In this document: positions 11,608 to 22,958 of the stretch, piece after piece
Layout: every line of letters begins with the position of its first letter
Numbering within the stretch: the stretch's first letter is position 1
From: Lama guanicoe
Lineage: Eukaryota
Direction of reading: 5' to 3'
Assembly: GCA_013239625.1 (NCBI GenBank)
Contig: MU054049.1
Location: 1,315,015 to 1,379,014, forward strand
DNA: 64,000 nucleotides
Position numbers and translations under genes: made by a program
Notes under the pieces: generated by a model
What the model was told of the DNA's origin: nothing
Database searches by the model: none
Seen by the model: the letters and a program-made list of their open reading frames with translations, nothing else

Positions 11608-13621
11608 GTTATTTATCTTCTTATTCATAATCCACATATGTTATGTAGAATTTGATATTGGTTAAAGGTCACATATAAAATGTAATTAAAATAACTGTGA
11701 ATACTAGCATGGTTGTGTTGATAGAAATTGAAATTATCTCAACCATTGTAGTCAGAAGTATCAACAGCTTTAAAAGTTTATACAAGCTTTGCCCATGAAT
11801 CCCACTCTTAGAAACACAGTTTAAAGCAAGAATTGAACAAATGTATATATAAGGCAGATGCATAGCTGAGACATCCTAGAATGCCTAGGATGAAGGATGT
11901 ATATATAAGGATGCTCACCACACTATTTTTGAAAATTAAAAATCAGAATGATAAGTTAAAGCCAGGGACCAATCTAAATTAGCACATGTCTTTAATGAAA
12001 CAGTAAAGAGACAGAAGGACATACATCAGCAAATGTGTGCCTTTACCTTCAGCATCTCACTTGAATTTTAATAAGCAAATTGGTGTAGATACCTGTTTCA
12101 AAGGAAGGAAAACAGGGAAAAGTTGTAGGCACACATGGTCAGTGGTGCAGCACTCTTGTTCAAAATCTTCTGCAATTAAAGAATGTTGCAACGTTGGAAT
12201 GCGGTTAGCAGAAGTAATAAGGTAAAGTAAGGATATATGTGCATTTGGGGGCAAGCCACAGGGAATCTTATCACATAAATGTGACCCAATCTTACCATCA
12301 ATACATATATATGGTATTGTTTTAATATTATTTCCTGATTATAAAAATTATATTTAGCCTTAACATACATATGGCTTAATTTCTTCCCCTATCTCTGTAT
12401 AGCTATACAGAGTTCTGTTGCTGACCCAAGAATAATATTATAATTCTAAATTTTCCCAAATATGGCCAGGTCACGATAAAAAGTATGAAGTCCATTAAGG
12501 TACCGATGCAAAATTCAGTATTAAAGTAATCAATCTTGAAATAATGAAACCACCAAAACCGAAAAGCAACTTTCACTCTCAAGTTTTTTCCAGGGCCCCA
12601 GGGAAGCTAAGGAGCTGGGCATCCACTGGTGTGACTTTGGAGAAGTCACGTGCACCATGTTCAACAGACAAAACCTCTGTGGCTCAGGGGATCCTGGCCA
12701 AAGAAACCTAGACATGCTTGCTAAAAGCCCAGTTCAAAGGAGCTCTGGGGACAGAGACATCTTTCTCAGGCTGGGCATCCAATGTCATCCATACTTGGCC
12801 ATCTGAAAGCTGTGTGAGAATTAAGAAAATATGGTGTATGCAGTGTTTCCTTCACTTTTAAAAAGAATTTCATTTTTAGCCCATATTTCTTAGAAGGCAG
12901 CAAAAGTTGGCATTTATCAAATTTGAAGACCAGCAAAAATACAAACCACCCAGATGCCTGTTTCTTAACTTCAGTCTTGAGTAAAGGACTGTCTGTTATC
13001 TGGACATCTCAGGTGATTCAAGAAGCTGCTTAGAGAATGCTAGCAAACTTTGGAAGTCTTACCCTCCCCCTTATTTTCTCAGGAGGAATTAAAATCTTTC
13101 CTGGCTTCTCTGCCTAGGAAGTAAAACCTTGAGTCACCTACAAATTCTCAATTGACAGAAAAGATTCGGCCCTGAAATCACAAGAACTTAGTATAAACAA
13201 CAATTCCTTTTTGTTAGCAAATGTTATCATATAAATAAATATCCTGAAAATGGAATATCTCTTTCCTTACACAGACCCAAAGATCTAAACATATGGGTAA
13301 TATTCCTGCCAAGATATTGCTTACAAAACAGTAAGACTTGAGATAAGGAAGAAGCCAAAGATTTTGGAGGGAGAAACAGTGTTGGGGATGAGCTGGGCTT
13401 TTAAAAAAATTCTTTTAGCTCTCTATTTATGTATATACATTTTCTGTATGCCTAGTGAACTTCAATAAAAACTTAAATTTGTAAATAGAGTAACTATAAG
13501 ACAAATACACTGATTTTTTTTTAAAATTCTGCAATATGTAGTTCATATGTTGTTAAACAAAGACATTATTTCAGAAAGAAATTCATAAAGTTGAAAATAA
13601 GAAACAAAAAATACAGCAGAC

Positions 13622-13876
13622 TTGGAGGAAGGAGGTGGAAAGGGACAAATCGGGAGTTCAAGATTTGCAGATACTATTATATATAAAATAGAAAAACAAC
13701 AAGTTCATACTGTATTGCACAGGGAACTATATTCATTATCTTGTAGTAATTAATAGTGAAAAAGAATATGAAAATATGAATGTATGTATGTTGCCATATG
13801 ACTGAAGCATTATGCTGTACACCAGAAATTGACACAACATTGTAAACTGACTATACTTCAATAAAATATATATTTT
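13622..13876 (+). mobile_element. Young 5'-truncated L1 3' end with perfect TSD
   Basis: Same family as 9524-9829; perfect 16-bp TSD aaaaaatacagcagac at 13606-13621 and 13877-13892. Confidence 0.95.
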
Positions 13877-14234
13877 AAAAAATACAGCAGACAAATACAA
13901 AAAAACAGGGTAGTGATTTTAATATTGCATGAAATAGAATTTAAGGTGCCAAATAACATGAGGGGAAAGATGGAAGTTATACATAGGGGTAAGAAGAAAG
14001 AAAGAAAATGTAATAATCATGATGTAGGCACCAAAAAATATAATCTCAAAATATATAAGGGAACAGCTAAAGAATTACAGAGAGAAATAAACAATTATAG
14101 TTGGAGACTGCCATACATCTATTTTAGAAACTGGAATATCAAGTAGACAAAAATAAGCAAGAAGTAAACAGTTTGAATAACATGTAAATAAGCTCATACT
14201 AACACATTTACAGTCAACAAAGAAAGAATATGAA

Positions 14235-14390
14235 TTTTGTAGCTCATTTCCTCTCACATCTCATTGGCCAAAATTAATCACATGACCAGACTTAATTTCA
14301 AAGAGGCTGGGAAATAAAGTCTTTCATTTATGTGCCCTGCATAAAACTGAAGGATTTATTGTTAAGGTAGAAAGGGAGAAAAACCCACAC
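14235..14390 (-). mobile_element. MaLR MLT1 LTR fragment
   Basis: 'ctcacatctcattggccaaaattaatcacatgacc...caaagaggctgggaaataaagtc'. Confidence 0.65.
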
Positions 14391-15233
14391 AATACCAATG
14401 ATTAATAAAACACTGATTCTCTACAAGTACTAATGAAGTAGACCTCTAGCAAGATTTACCTAAGGGTTAAAGAGAAATAACACAAAAATAAATAAGATAC
14501 TATGATATAATTGAGAGTTTTTAAAATGTTATAAAGATCTGCATGAGCAAATTAAAAACCTCAAAGAATGAACAAAAATTGGCAAAAATATAAAATGCCA
14601 AAATTGGCACCCAAAAAATAGACAAATTAAAGATACCAATAGCCATCCAAAAATTGAAAAGGTAATCAAAGACATTCCATCTTTAAGGAGCCCGTGTTTA
14701 CATGATCTTATAAGTGAATTCTGCCAAATTCAATGGAAACAAATAATTCTTTCATCAATATTTACAGAAAATAATTGAGTAAAATCTGTCCTACTCATTT
14801 TAAGAAAAACTCATACTACTCATGCCAAAACCAGATAAGGGCAATATAAAAATGACATCCACATGTGAATATAGATGTAGAATTTCTACATGAAGTGTTA
14901 ACAAATCATGTCAATTGTTTACTTTTAAAACAACCGATAAACTGTGACCAAATAGGGTTTATCCAAGGAATTCAAGAATGGCTTAAAATCAGAAAAATCT
15001 TGCTGTGGAATCACTCTATTTGTGGATCAGAGGAGAAAAATTACATGATCATCTGAATAGATACAGAAAATACATTTAATAAAGTCCAATCCCTGGTTAT
15101 GATTTTTAAAAACAAACAAAAAGAGTGATTTGTATTGAAATGGAAGAAGCAAAACTCTTATTACTTCTAAATGAAATGACTATCCGAATAGACACCTTGA
15201 CAGAAGATAAAGTTGTGAAAATTAAAAAAGGAA

Positions 15234-15320
15234 GGGAGGCAGTAATAGCTCAGTGGTAGAGTGTATGCTTAGCATGTGTGAGGTCCTGGGTTCAATCCCC
15301 CCAGTACCTTCATTAAAGGG
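15234..15320 (+). mobile_element. tRNA-Ala-derived SINE (camelid Vic-1 type, short form)
   Basis: 'tagctcagtggtagagtgtatgcttagcatgtgtgaggtcctgggttcaatccc...cagtaccttcattaaa'; A and B boxes. Confidence 0.9.
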
Positions 15321-16135
15321 GAAAAAGAAGAGAAACTAAGCCAGGTACTTGATTACAGGGCAACTGTAAAAAAAAATAGCTTTCTTTTCAGATATTAAGA
15401 TACTATTCACAATGGTAACATAAATTGTAGGTTATCTAGAAATCCACTTAATGAAGAACGCACAAATCATTTTTGGAGACGTGTATCTCCGACAAAATAC
15501 TTTAAAGACCAAATAAATACAAAGAACACTATGCTTATATACGGAACAAGTTAACATTACAAAGATTATAGATGCCTGCAAATTAATATATACATTTAAT
15601 ATAATGACAAAAATTCCAAGTGAACTTTTAGGAGCTTCTCATACTGATTTAAAAAGTTATATGAAGAAATAAAAGACCAAGAATGGCTGAGAGGATTTTG
15701 AAAAACGGAGAGAATGAGGGCAGGGCAGGGATGAGGGTTTCTGATGGAGGGGAACTTGCCCTAATAGATATTAATACTTACTAAGTGACAGTGAGAATAA
15801 TGAAAAGATAATGATGAAGATGATGATGATGATGATTCCTTTATACAATCAAATAACTTTTTCATCACTCTTCATTCCTTACTGCATCTCTTAACTTCCA
15901 TCTGGGATCATTTTTCTTCAGCTAAAAGTACACCCTCTGTATATTTTTCAGTGTGGGTCTACTGGTGACAAATGTTGGTTTTTTTCCCCCCTGAAAAAGC
16001 ATTCATTTCACTTTCATTTATATAGGATATTTTTTGCTGGATATTGCTGGAGTTTAAGGTAAGTAATAATTTTTCTGAACCATTTAAAATATTATTGACT
16101 TCTATTATTTTTGTTTAAAAGTCAAGTACCAATAA

Positions 16136-17106
16136 CAGACGACCCAGATTTTATCTAGTCTTAAGCTTATAAAATTCAGGAGCACTTATTTTAAAAAGAA
16201 TACAAAATTAGGTTCAGTAATGAATATTTATTTAGAATGACAAAAGAAATAACCGAAAATTATAAATTTATAAAAGCTAAAAATACTACAAACTTAAAAA
16301 CTCTAGAAAAACAAAATATTTTTAATTAACTTTTTTCCTCCAATTTTTGCTATATATCTTTTGATATCTCTTCATTTGACAATTCTTTTAAGAGATAAGG
16401 GAAAGTCTCCTCTAGCACTTTATTTGAGATTTTTTTCCTTACTAATGATTACAAAAAATTCTTTAGCATCATTCTTTTGATAATGCAGTAGAAAAAAGTT
16501 AATAATTATTGTCAAAATTGGGAAAATTCACATCAGGTTTATTCCATACGCAAGCTATAAGATTTGGAAGAATATTCTATAGATTAGCTACTGGCTTCTG
16601 TATATTTCTGAACTTTTTTTTTTTTTTTGCTTGCTTGCTTATTTTTCTCTCCTGCCCACATACTTCCAGTACAGTGGCCATAAAAACATGCTTATACTAA
16701 GATGTAACCTTTAACCCTATACTTTCATGTCACGGCAAGACCTCATAATAGGCAGTAGAGAGTATTACTAAAAACTGTGTCTCTACCATAATGATGTATG
16801 TGAAAGTGACCAAGAATCACATAATCATATCCTATTAAACCAAACCAGACTCAACTTCTCTATGGCCTGATTTCCCCCAAATCCTCAAAATATTCTGACA
16901 CCATCCATCATAGTGGCTAACATATAGAAGGAAATCGGGGTTTGAAAAGAGCAGTCTTAATCAATTAAAGTTAAAATGGCTTACTTGCATGTTTTATTAA
17001 GAAAAAAAAAAGCTATGAGCATGTAAACAGATGTCTCAGAAGGACCCCAAGCAAGTGAGGAATCCTGGTGTTTAAGCTTCACTGGTGTCACAGAAATCCA
17101 TCTCTG
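16136..17106. mobile_element. hAT-Tip100 DNA transposon fossil (Arthur1-like)
   Basis: Start 'cagacgacccagatttt...aagcttataaaatt...aaagaatacaaaattagg...gaatatttatttagaatga'; end 'taagcttcactgg...aaatccatctctg'. Confidence 0.75.
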
Positions 17107-17118
17107 TCAGTCTATCTT

Positions 17119-17360
17119 TTAAAATATATATATATATACACATATATATAATATGAATATATATATTTACATATGTATTTATTTATATATATTTTAAAAT
17201 ATATTTATATATTTATTTATATATATTACTTAAATATATTATTTATATGTATTTATTTATATATTTATTTATTTATTTATTTAATGGAGGTACTGGGGAT
17301 TGAACCCAGGACCTCATGCATGCTAAGCACACACTCTACCACTGAGCCATACCCTCCTCC
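17119..17360 (-). mobile_element. Vic-1-type SINE with expanded AT-rich tail (17119-17282)
   Basis: 'atggaggtactggggattgaacccaggacctcatgcatgctaagcacacactctaccactgagc'; 17-bp TSD ctctg(t/g)cagtctatctt at 17102-17118 and 17361-17377. Confidence 0.93.
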
Positions 17361-20089
17361 CTCTGGCAGTCTATCTTATTGTTGTTCTTTGGAAGATACG
17401 TTTTCTTCTTTTTCTCACTGCTTATAAGCTTTTCCTTTATCTTTCATTTTTACCAATCTTGATGTGTCTAAGTGTAGTTTCTTTTGACTTATCCTGCTTA
17501 GAGTTTTTAAGACTCCTTAAATACATGATTTGATGTGTTTTATTAGTTTTAGAAAATCCTCAACCATTACCTCTTCAAATACTTTTTCTGTTTTATTCTC
17601 TCTATCCTCTCCTTCTGGTATTCTACATGTGTGGTAGATTTTCTCACTGTATTCCTTATGTCTGTTATAATATCATCTGTGTTTTTACCCTTTTGTTTTC
17701 CCATGTGTCGGTATAGATATTTTCTTCTAAACTATCTTCCAGTTCACTAATTCTCTCTTCAGCTGCATGTAATCTGATGTTTACCCATCTTTTGAGTTAA
17801 TTTTGATTATTGTAATTTCCAGTTCTGGAATTTTCATTTGATACTTTTTTATTCTTTCCAAATCTCTGCCATAGTCACAGTCTCATCTTTTATTTCTTTG
17901 AACAGGATAAGTATAGTTCTTTCAACGTGTATATTCTGATAGGTCTATTTCCTGAATCAAATATGTATCTGTTTCTGTTCTCTATTGTTTCTCTTTTTTT
18001 TTCCTTCCAGTGTGTTTTATTATCTTTTCATATGCCTGGTTTTATTATTGAGTCTCTGATATTATGTATGAAAAATTAGAGAAATAAAATAATATTAAGC
18101 CTAGGATGATTTTATATTCCTCCAAATAGATTTATGTTGCTGTTGACAGTCTTCTAGGTTTCACTAGCAAAAACTGCAACACTAAAGACAATGCCAGAGA
18201 TTAAAATGAACTAAAGCTGAACTTCAATCCCTTTGAAGGCCAGTTTATTTCTGGTTCACCATTTCTCCTAAGGACTAGCCCCTCAGCATCCTGATCCAAA
18301 GCTGGGAGGGTTTCCAGGGTTCCCCTTCCTTAGCAGATTCTAAGTCTATCCCCTCAAACTACTGACAACTCACCTCACTTCTCAGCCTCTCATCACCTCT
18401 TCTGGGATTGAAAAATGCCTGTGGGAGAAAGTGTTCAAGTTCCAGGCTCATTTGGAGTGTCTTATCCTAGATCTTGTTCTTACATTTTTTCACAGCCTGT
18501 TAGCTCTCTGACAACTTTACACAGATGTTTTTAAAAATATATTTGTATAGCTTTTCCAGTTATTCTTAATAAGAAGAAAGATCCAAGTTACTGAGTCTAT
18601 ATTCCTGGAAGTCCGTGTCCTCCAAAGCCCAACTTGTAATACAAGACAATGCTTGTTTCCTTGGAGGCACTGTCAAAGCTCTCTATTCACAGAAATTAAA
18701 GACTTTAAGGAGATGGATTTCATGAAATTACTAATCAGCTGCTTCAGACTCAAAGGGTCTGGTTATTAATATTAGCATGGATGGATCAAGTTATTGAGCC
18801 CTTTTAAAACAGAAATTCAGGCCACCATCCCTATGAAAACTTCTGGTAGCAGGAAAATAAGCTGAGATCCTCAAAGTCAAACATAACTTGAAGAACGTCC
18901 CCCACACCAAGTTCATCATTTAAGGCTTTGCAACCTTCTGCTCCCAAGAGATCCCAGATTCTGAGTATCTCTCTGCTAGGTGGATCTAGTGTCAGTCTTT
19001 ACTCACCTGATCCCAGCCTTTCTTGCATAAGAAATCTCAGTCCATATCTCCCACTCCTTGATTCCCTCTCCCATCTATCTGTTGCAGCTCAGGATATATA
19101 CATTTAATTAATTCAGCTTTACCTCCAACCTGTAAATAGTGGGAGAAGTGTCAGCTTCATATGGTGGATAAATAACAAGGGTTTTCCCAGGAGACTCTGT
19201 CCTGGTGAAAGAGGGTAACTGTAATTTTCAGCTGTGAGTAATTGTACATAATATAATCCTAAATGATTTTTCTTCTGTAATTTCATTAGAGTTTAGAAAT
19301 TTAATTAGATTTTGAATCACTCTGAAATAAAGTAGCAAAACACCGAGAGACTGAGAGCGGTGGTTATTTTGTCCTTTGAGGCCACATTCTTGGTCTCAAA
19401 TTGGCATGTCTTCATTAGGAGGAAGTTTTCAGAACTTCTTGATATATTATTGTCTTTCAGAATGGACTCTAAATAGGTCTTTGGAGAGCATTAGAAGAGT
19501 ACACAATTATTATGCACACTCTTCTTGAGGTTTAAGATCATCTGCCTTGCATATACTTAATAAAAATATGTCTCTAAAGTTGTTTGAGAAACTGTGGAGA
19601 TAGGAAAGATGTTCCTTGAATGCCCCAATGCTGTTCCTGGATTATTAGCAACTACCTGTACATTATGATGCAGTGAGGGGCTGTTTGCTTAACTTTAATG
19701 ATTATGTAAGGTTTATGGTTATTTTTATTGCTACAACATACGAACTGTCATGGTGGCTGTAATTAGAGGCAAGCTGAAGTGTTACTGTTACGGTCCTGTG
19801 GGACTGAGGAGAAACTACTTCCTTCTTATCAACTTTGCCTCTGTGCAAGAGTTGGGGGAAAAAAATCAGACTAAATGAACAATTCCTACCTCAAAATAGG
19901 CAATGACACAGAAAAACCGAAAAGAACATTAAGACTCCAGGCCAACAGCTGGCACCTAACGAAGCTGCAAGGAAACAAACTTGTGTTGCCCGATATATCC
20001 TAATTTGTTTGATTCTCTGAAAGGCTGTTGCCCACGTGTTTCCCCCAAAGGCCATCCAAAGGGCACGGTGTTGATGGAAATGCTCTAAG

Positions 20090-20560
20090 GGGCATTCATT
20101 CATTCATCTCTGTTGCCTCTACCCACATACCCTCTCTGCACCCCAGGCTGAGGACTGAGAAACCCAGGATGTGCTAAGATATATAGAGGAAACAGCCTGG
20201 AGGCTCTGGGAGCCCAAGAGAGAGTCCCTGGACTGCAGAGAAAAAATTCAGAAGTACCAGGAGATAAAATGAATTAGACAATTTGACTCCATGGTCAGTT
20301 AATCGAAGGTAGGATGGTTTGAGTAGGAAGCTGAAAACCCAGCTAAGGACTTGAGAGCTGAGAGTTCTGTGGCATGAATACAAGGGTCCAAGAGGCACTG
20401 AGAAGGAGGTGAGAGGAGAGGGAATCTGGGCAAAGGAGAAGCATTGGGGGAGCTCCCTGGGCCCGGTGGGAGCAGAGCTGCAGATGTTTCCACAAGGGCT
20501 GCCCAGCTCTGTGCTGGACTCTGGGCAGTTGCAGACCCAGGAAAGCATGGCGCCCGGGTC
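20090..20560 (-). mobile_element. Decayed L2 fragment
   Basis: Begins 'cattcattcattca' (L2 tail, rc); purine-rich body 'gagaaggaggtgagaggagagggaatctgggcaaaggagaagc'. Confidence 0.5.
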
Positions 20561-20639
20561 CACTCCCACCCCCACTCCCACTAATCATGCTGGTCCATTG
20601 TCTGCCATCTCATCTGCACTGAATTCTCTGAGCAACAGG

Positions 20640-21030
20640 GATATGTCAGATTCATTTCCATTTCCAGTGGGGATCTTTTCCAAGGAAATAACCTCAAAGA
20701 TGGAAAATAGCCCCATGCACAAATACGCCTATAATAGTGAAAAACTAGAAATAATTCAGATGTTCAAAGAGGAACACACCAATCAAGACACACACTTGAT
20801 GGGACACAGTGCAACTAATAACAATAAATTTTTACAAAGGAATAACATGGAGAAGCCTATTTGAGGAGAAAACAGTATACAATATTTGTTTACACAGCAT
20901 GATCACAAAAATGCATGGGGAAAAAGACCATAATGAAACACTATGACAAAAATAGCAGTGTTTGGGCTATTAACCTATGGGAAAATCAGTGTCTCCTCCT
21001 CTCACTTTTTCTGTATTTTCCAAACTTTTA
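20640..21030 (+). mobile_element. L1ME-like 3' fragment
   Basis: 'ataatagtgaaaaactagaaataattcagatgttca', 'tttttctgtattttccaaacttt'. Confidence 0.6.
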
Positions 21031-22089
21031 TTGATGCCACATCAGTGGTCTCACTTCTAAAAGAGCCCCTCACCCAGTCCATCCCAGTCGTCACCAAACA
21101 CCTGCCAATCACAGCCCAACTGGCAAGTGGGCTTTGCCGTGAGAGATTCTCAGGAGATTTTTCCAGTGAGATTTTCATTAAGGAACCATCTCCTGTGTTC
21201 AGCCCCCTGGTGACTTCTGCTTACCAAAACCTAAATCCAAGTGTGTTGAAAACATACAGTAACTCTAAGTCACAGAGCTAAGCTAAGCTTTATGTATTTT
21301 TCCCTTGCTTTCAAGATTTCATTCCACTTTATTTCATGCAAGTCACCAAGGTGTCATTTATGTCAATCTTCTGCCTTAGGTCTCAACTGGGACAATTATC
21401 TGCTGTTTTTCTGCATCCTTCTGTCATTTCCACTGGAATTTAGTGTTCTCATCACATCCTGTTAAGAGCTTTGCCTGCTTCAGAGCAGTTGGGAAGAGCT
21501 TTCTCCAGTGTCAAGCATCATCTTCTAGCTCAGCTTTTGTGGTTCTGGGGGCAGCGTTATCCTTTGCTCTCTTCGGAGCATCCATCTCGCGGATTACCTG
21601 AGTTTAAGCCATGGGACCTCTTCTCCGTCCATTCTCTCTGGGAAGAGCCGAGGGACAGGTGCAGACAGTGGCAGGGGAGCCGCCACAAGGAATATGATCT
21701 TGAGCCGATCATGTGCTTTAATTAAAGTTGGGGGTTGGGGGGATACTCGGAGTGCATGCAGAGCCCATGATCAAAAATAGGCAGCAGGAAAATGTGAGCA
21801 GTGTTGGGCTGGAGAAGCCCCACTCTCAAAACATGGAGGAAGCTGAGCTGTGTCTTAAGCATCTGGGGGTGAGGCCATGGAGGTCCAGGCCATTCTTGTG
21901 GCCCAGACAGGGACCCCGAGCTTTGGAACCAGAAGGTGCTGGCTTTGAGCTCTGGCTCCATCTCTTACTGGCTGTGTCTAGGAACTGGATGGTGGTCCCA
22001 CAAGATTGTCATACAGCTGAGAGAGGTGGTTAGACAGGCTTACTGACCCTGCCTGCTTAACAACAAGGGAAAGGAAATCCCCAGCTGGA

Positions 22090-22290
22090 GCCAGCTGCGT
22101 GGGTCCCAGTGTCCAGTCCCCACTTACATGCAGTGTCACTGAGGCAAGTCACGTGATCTCCCTGGGCCACAGTTTCTTCATCTGTCAGATCAGGATGATG
22201 CTCATAGTAAAATCTACCCGGCGCTGAGTGAGCTGACACATAAAGCCATTCAGGACCATGTCTGCCACACGCCTGTACTCACTCCTCAGG
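22090..22290 (+). mobile_element. MIR SINE
   Basis: 'gtccccacttacatgcagtgtcactgaggcaagtcac...cagtttcttcatctgtcagat'. Confidence 0.75.
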
Positions 22291-22413
22291 AGACCCAGCC
22301 TGGCATCTGGCACAGAAAGGAACGCCTTACACTGACTCTCCCTGGCCTCGGTCCTCCCCGACTTCCCAGCCACCTCAGAAGCAGGCGCATTGGTGTGCCT
22401 GTCCTCCTGGTTT

Positions 22414-22958
22414 TGTTGCAGGAAAATGGGGCACGAGAGGCTGGGAATATCCCAGGTGTCGGACGAGTCCCCGGGATCTGCCCCACCCAGTGAGGGTCCT
22501 TGGCTCCATGCAAGAAAGAATTCAAGAGCGAGCCACAGGAGAGTGAAAGCAAGTTTATTTAGGGAGATACACACCCCATAGACAGAATGTTGTCCATCTG
22601 AGAAGGGAGAGTGGCTCGAGGTGTCGGGGAGGTTAGTTTTTATGGGCTGGGTAACTTCATATGCTAACAAGTGGGAGGGTTATTCCAACTGCTTGCAGGA
22701 AGGAGTGGGGATTTCCAGGAATTGGAACCACCCACTTTTTGGCCTTTTATAATCAGCCTCGGAACTGTCATGGCACCTGTGGGTGTGTTATTTAACAGCT
22801 GATGTATTACAACAAGCTTATAATGAGGCTCAAGGGCTACCTGAAGTCGAATCTTCCACCATCTTGGGCCTAGTTGGTTCTAACCAGTATTTGCCATATC
22901 CTCAATGGCTGTGTCATTCTTTTATTGGTTGTGCCCTGCCCCTTTCCCTTCTGTCTCA
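22414..22958 (-). mobile_element. ERV1 solo LTR (MER4/MER41-group-like)
   Basis: TG...CA termini; perfect 4-bp TSD gttt (22410-22413, 22959-22962); minus-strand AATAAA ('gcaagtttatt'); 'gaattcaagagcgagcc' U5 motif. Confidence 0.9.

Larger units (their letters stand above)
13500..15780 (+). mobile_element. Decayed L1 ORF2 (endonuclease to RT), hosting younger L1, MLT fragment and SINE
   Basis: ORF 14865-15056 'MNIDVEFL...DQIGFIQGIQEWLKIRK' matches L1 RT 'MNIDAKIL...DQVGFIPGMQGWFNIRK'; 'acaattatagttggagact' (TIIVGD, EN). Confidence 0.85.
15830..18600 (-). mobile_element. Old L1 5'/ORF1 region, interrupted by hAT element and SINE
   Basis: T-rich strand; 'ggatattttttgctggatat' (rc YPAKIS of ORF1p), 'tcttccagttcactaattctctcttcagctgc', 'gatgtgtctaagtgtagtttc'. 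Confidence 0.8.

Noticed and set aside
14865..15056. Reverse-transcriptase-like CDS (and ORF1p-like ORF 29264-29461)
   Set aside because: Short open fragments of heavily interrupted L1 fossils, not functional genes
15234..15320. tRNA-Ala(AGC) gene (also 17283-17360, 55134-55205, 62025-62105)
   Set aside because: Acceptor stem is not intact, copies are diverged, and they carry A-rich tails, some with TSDs: SINEs, not tRNA genes
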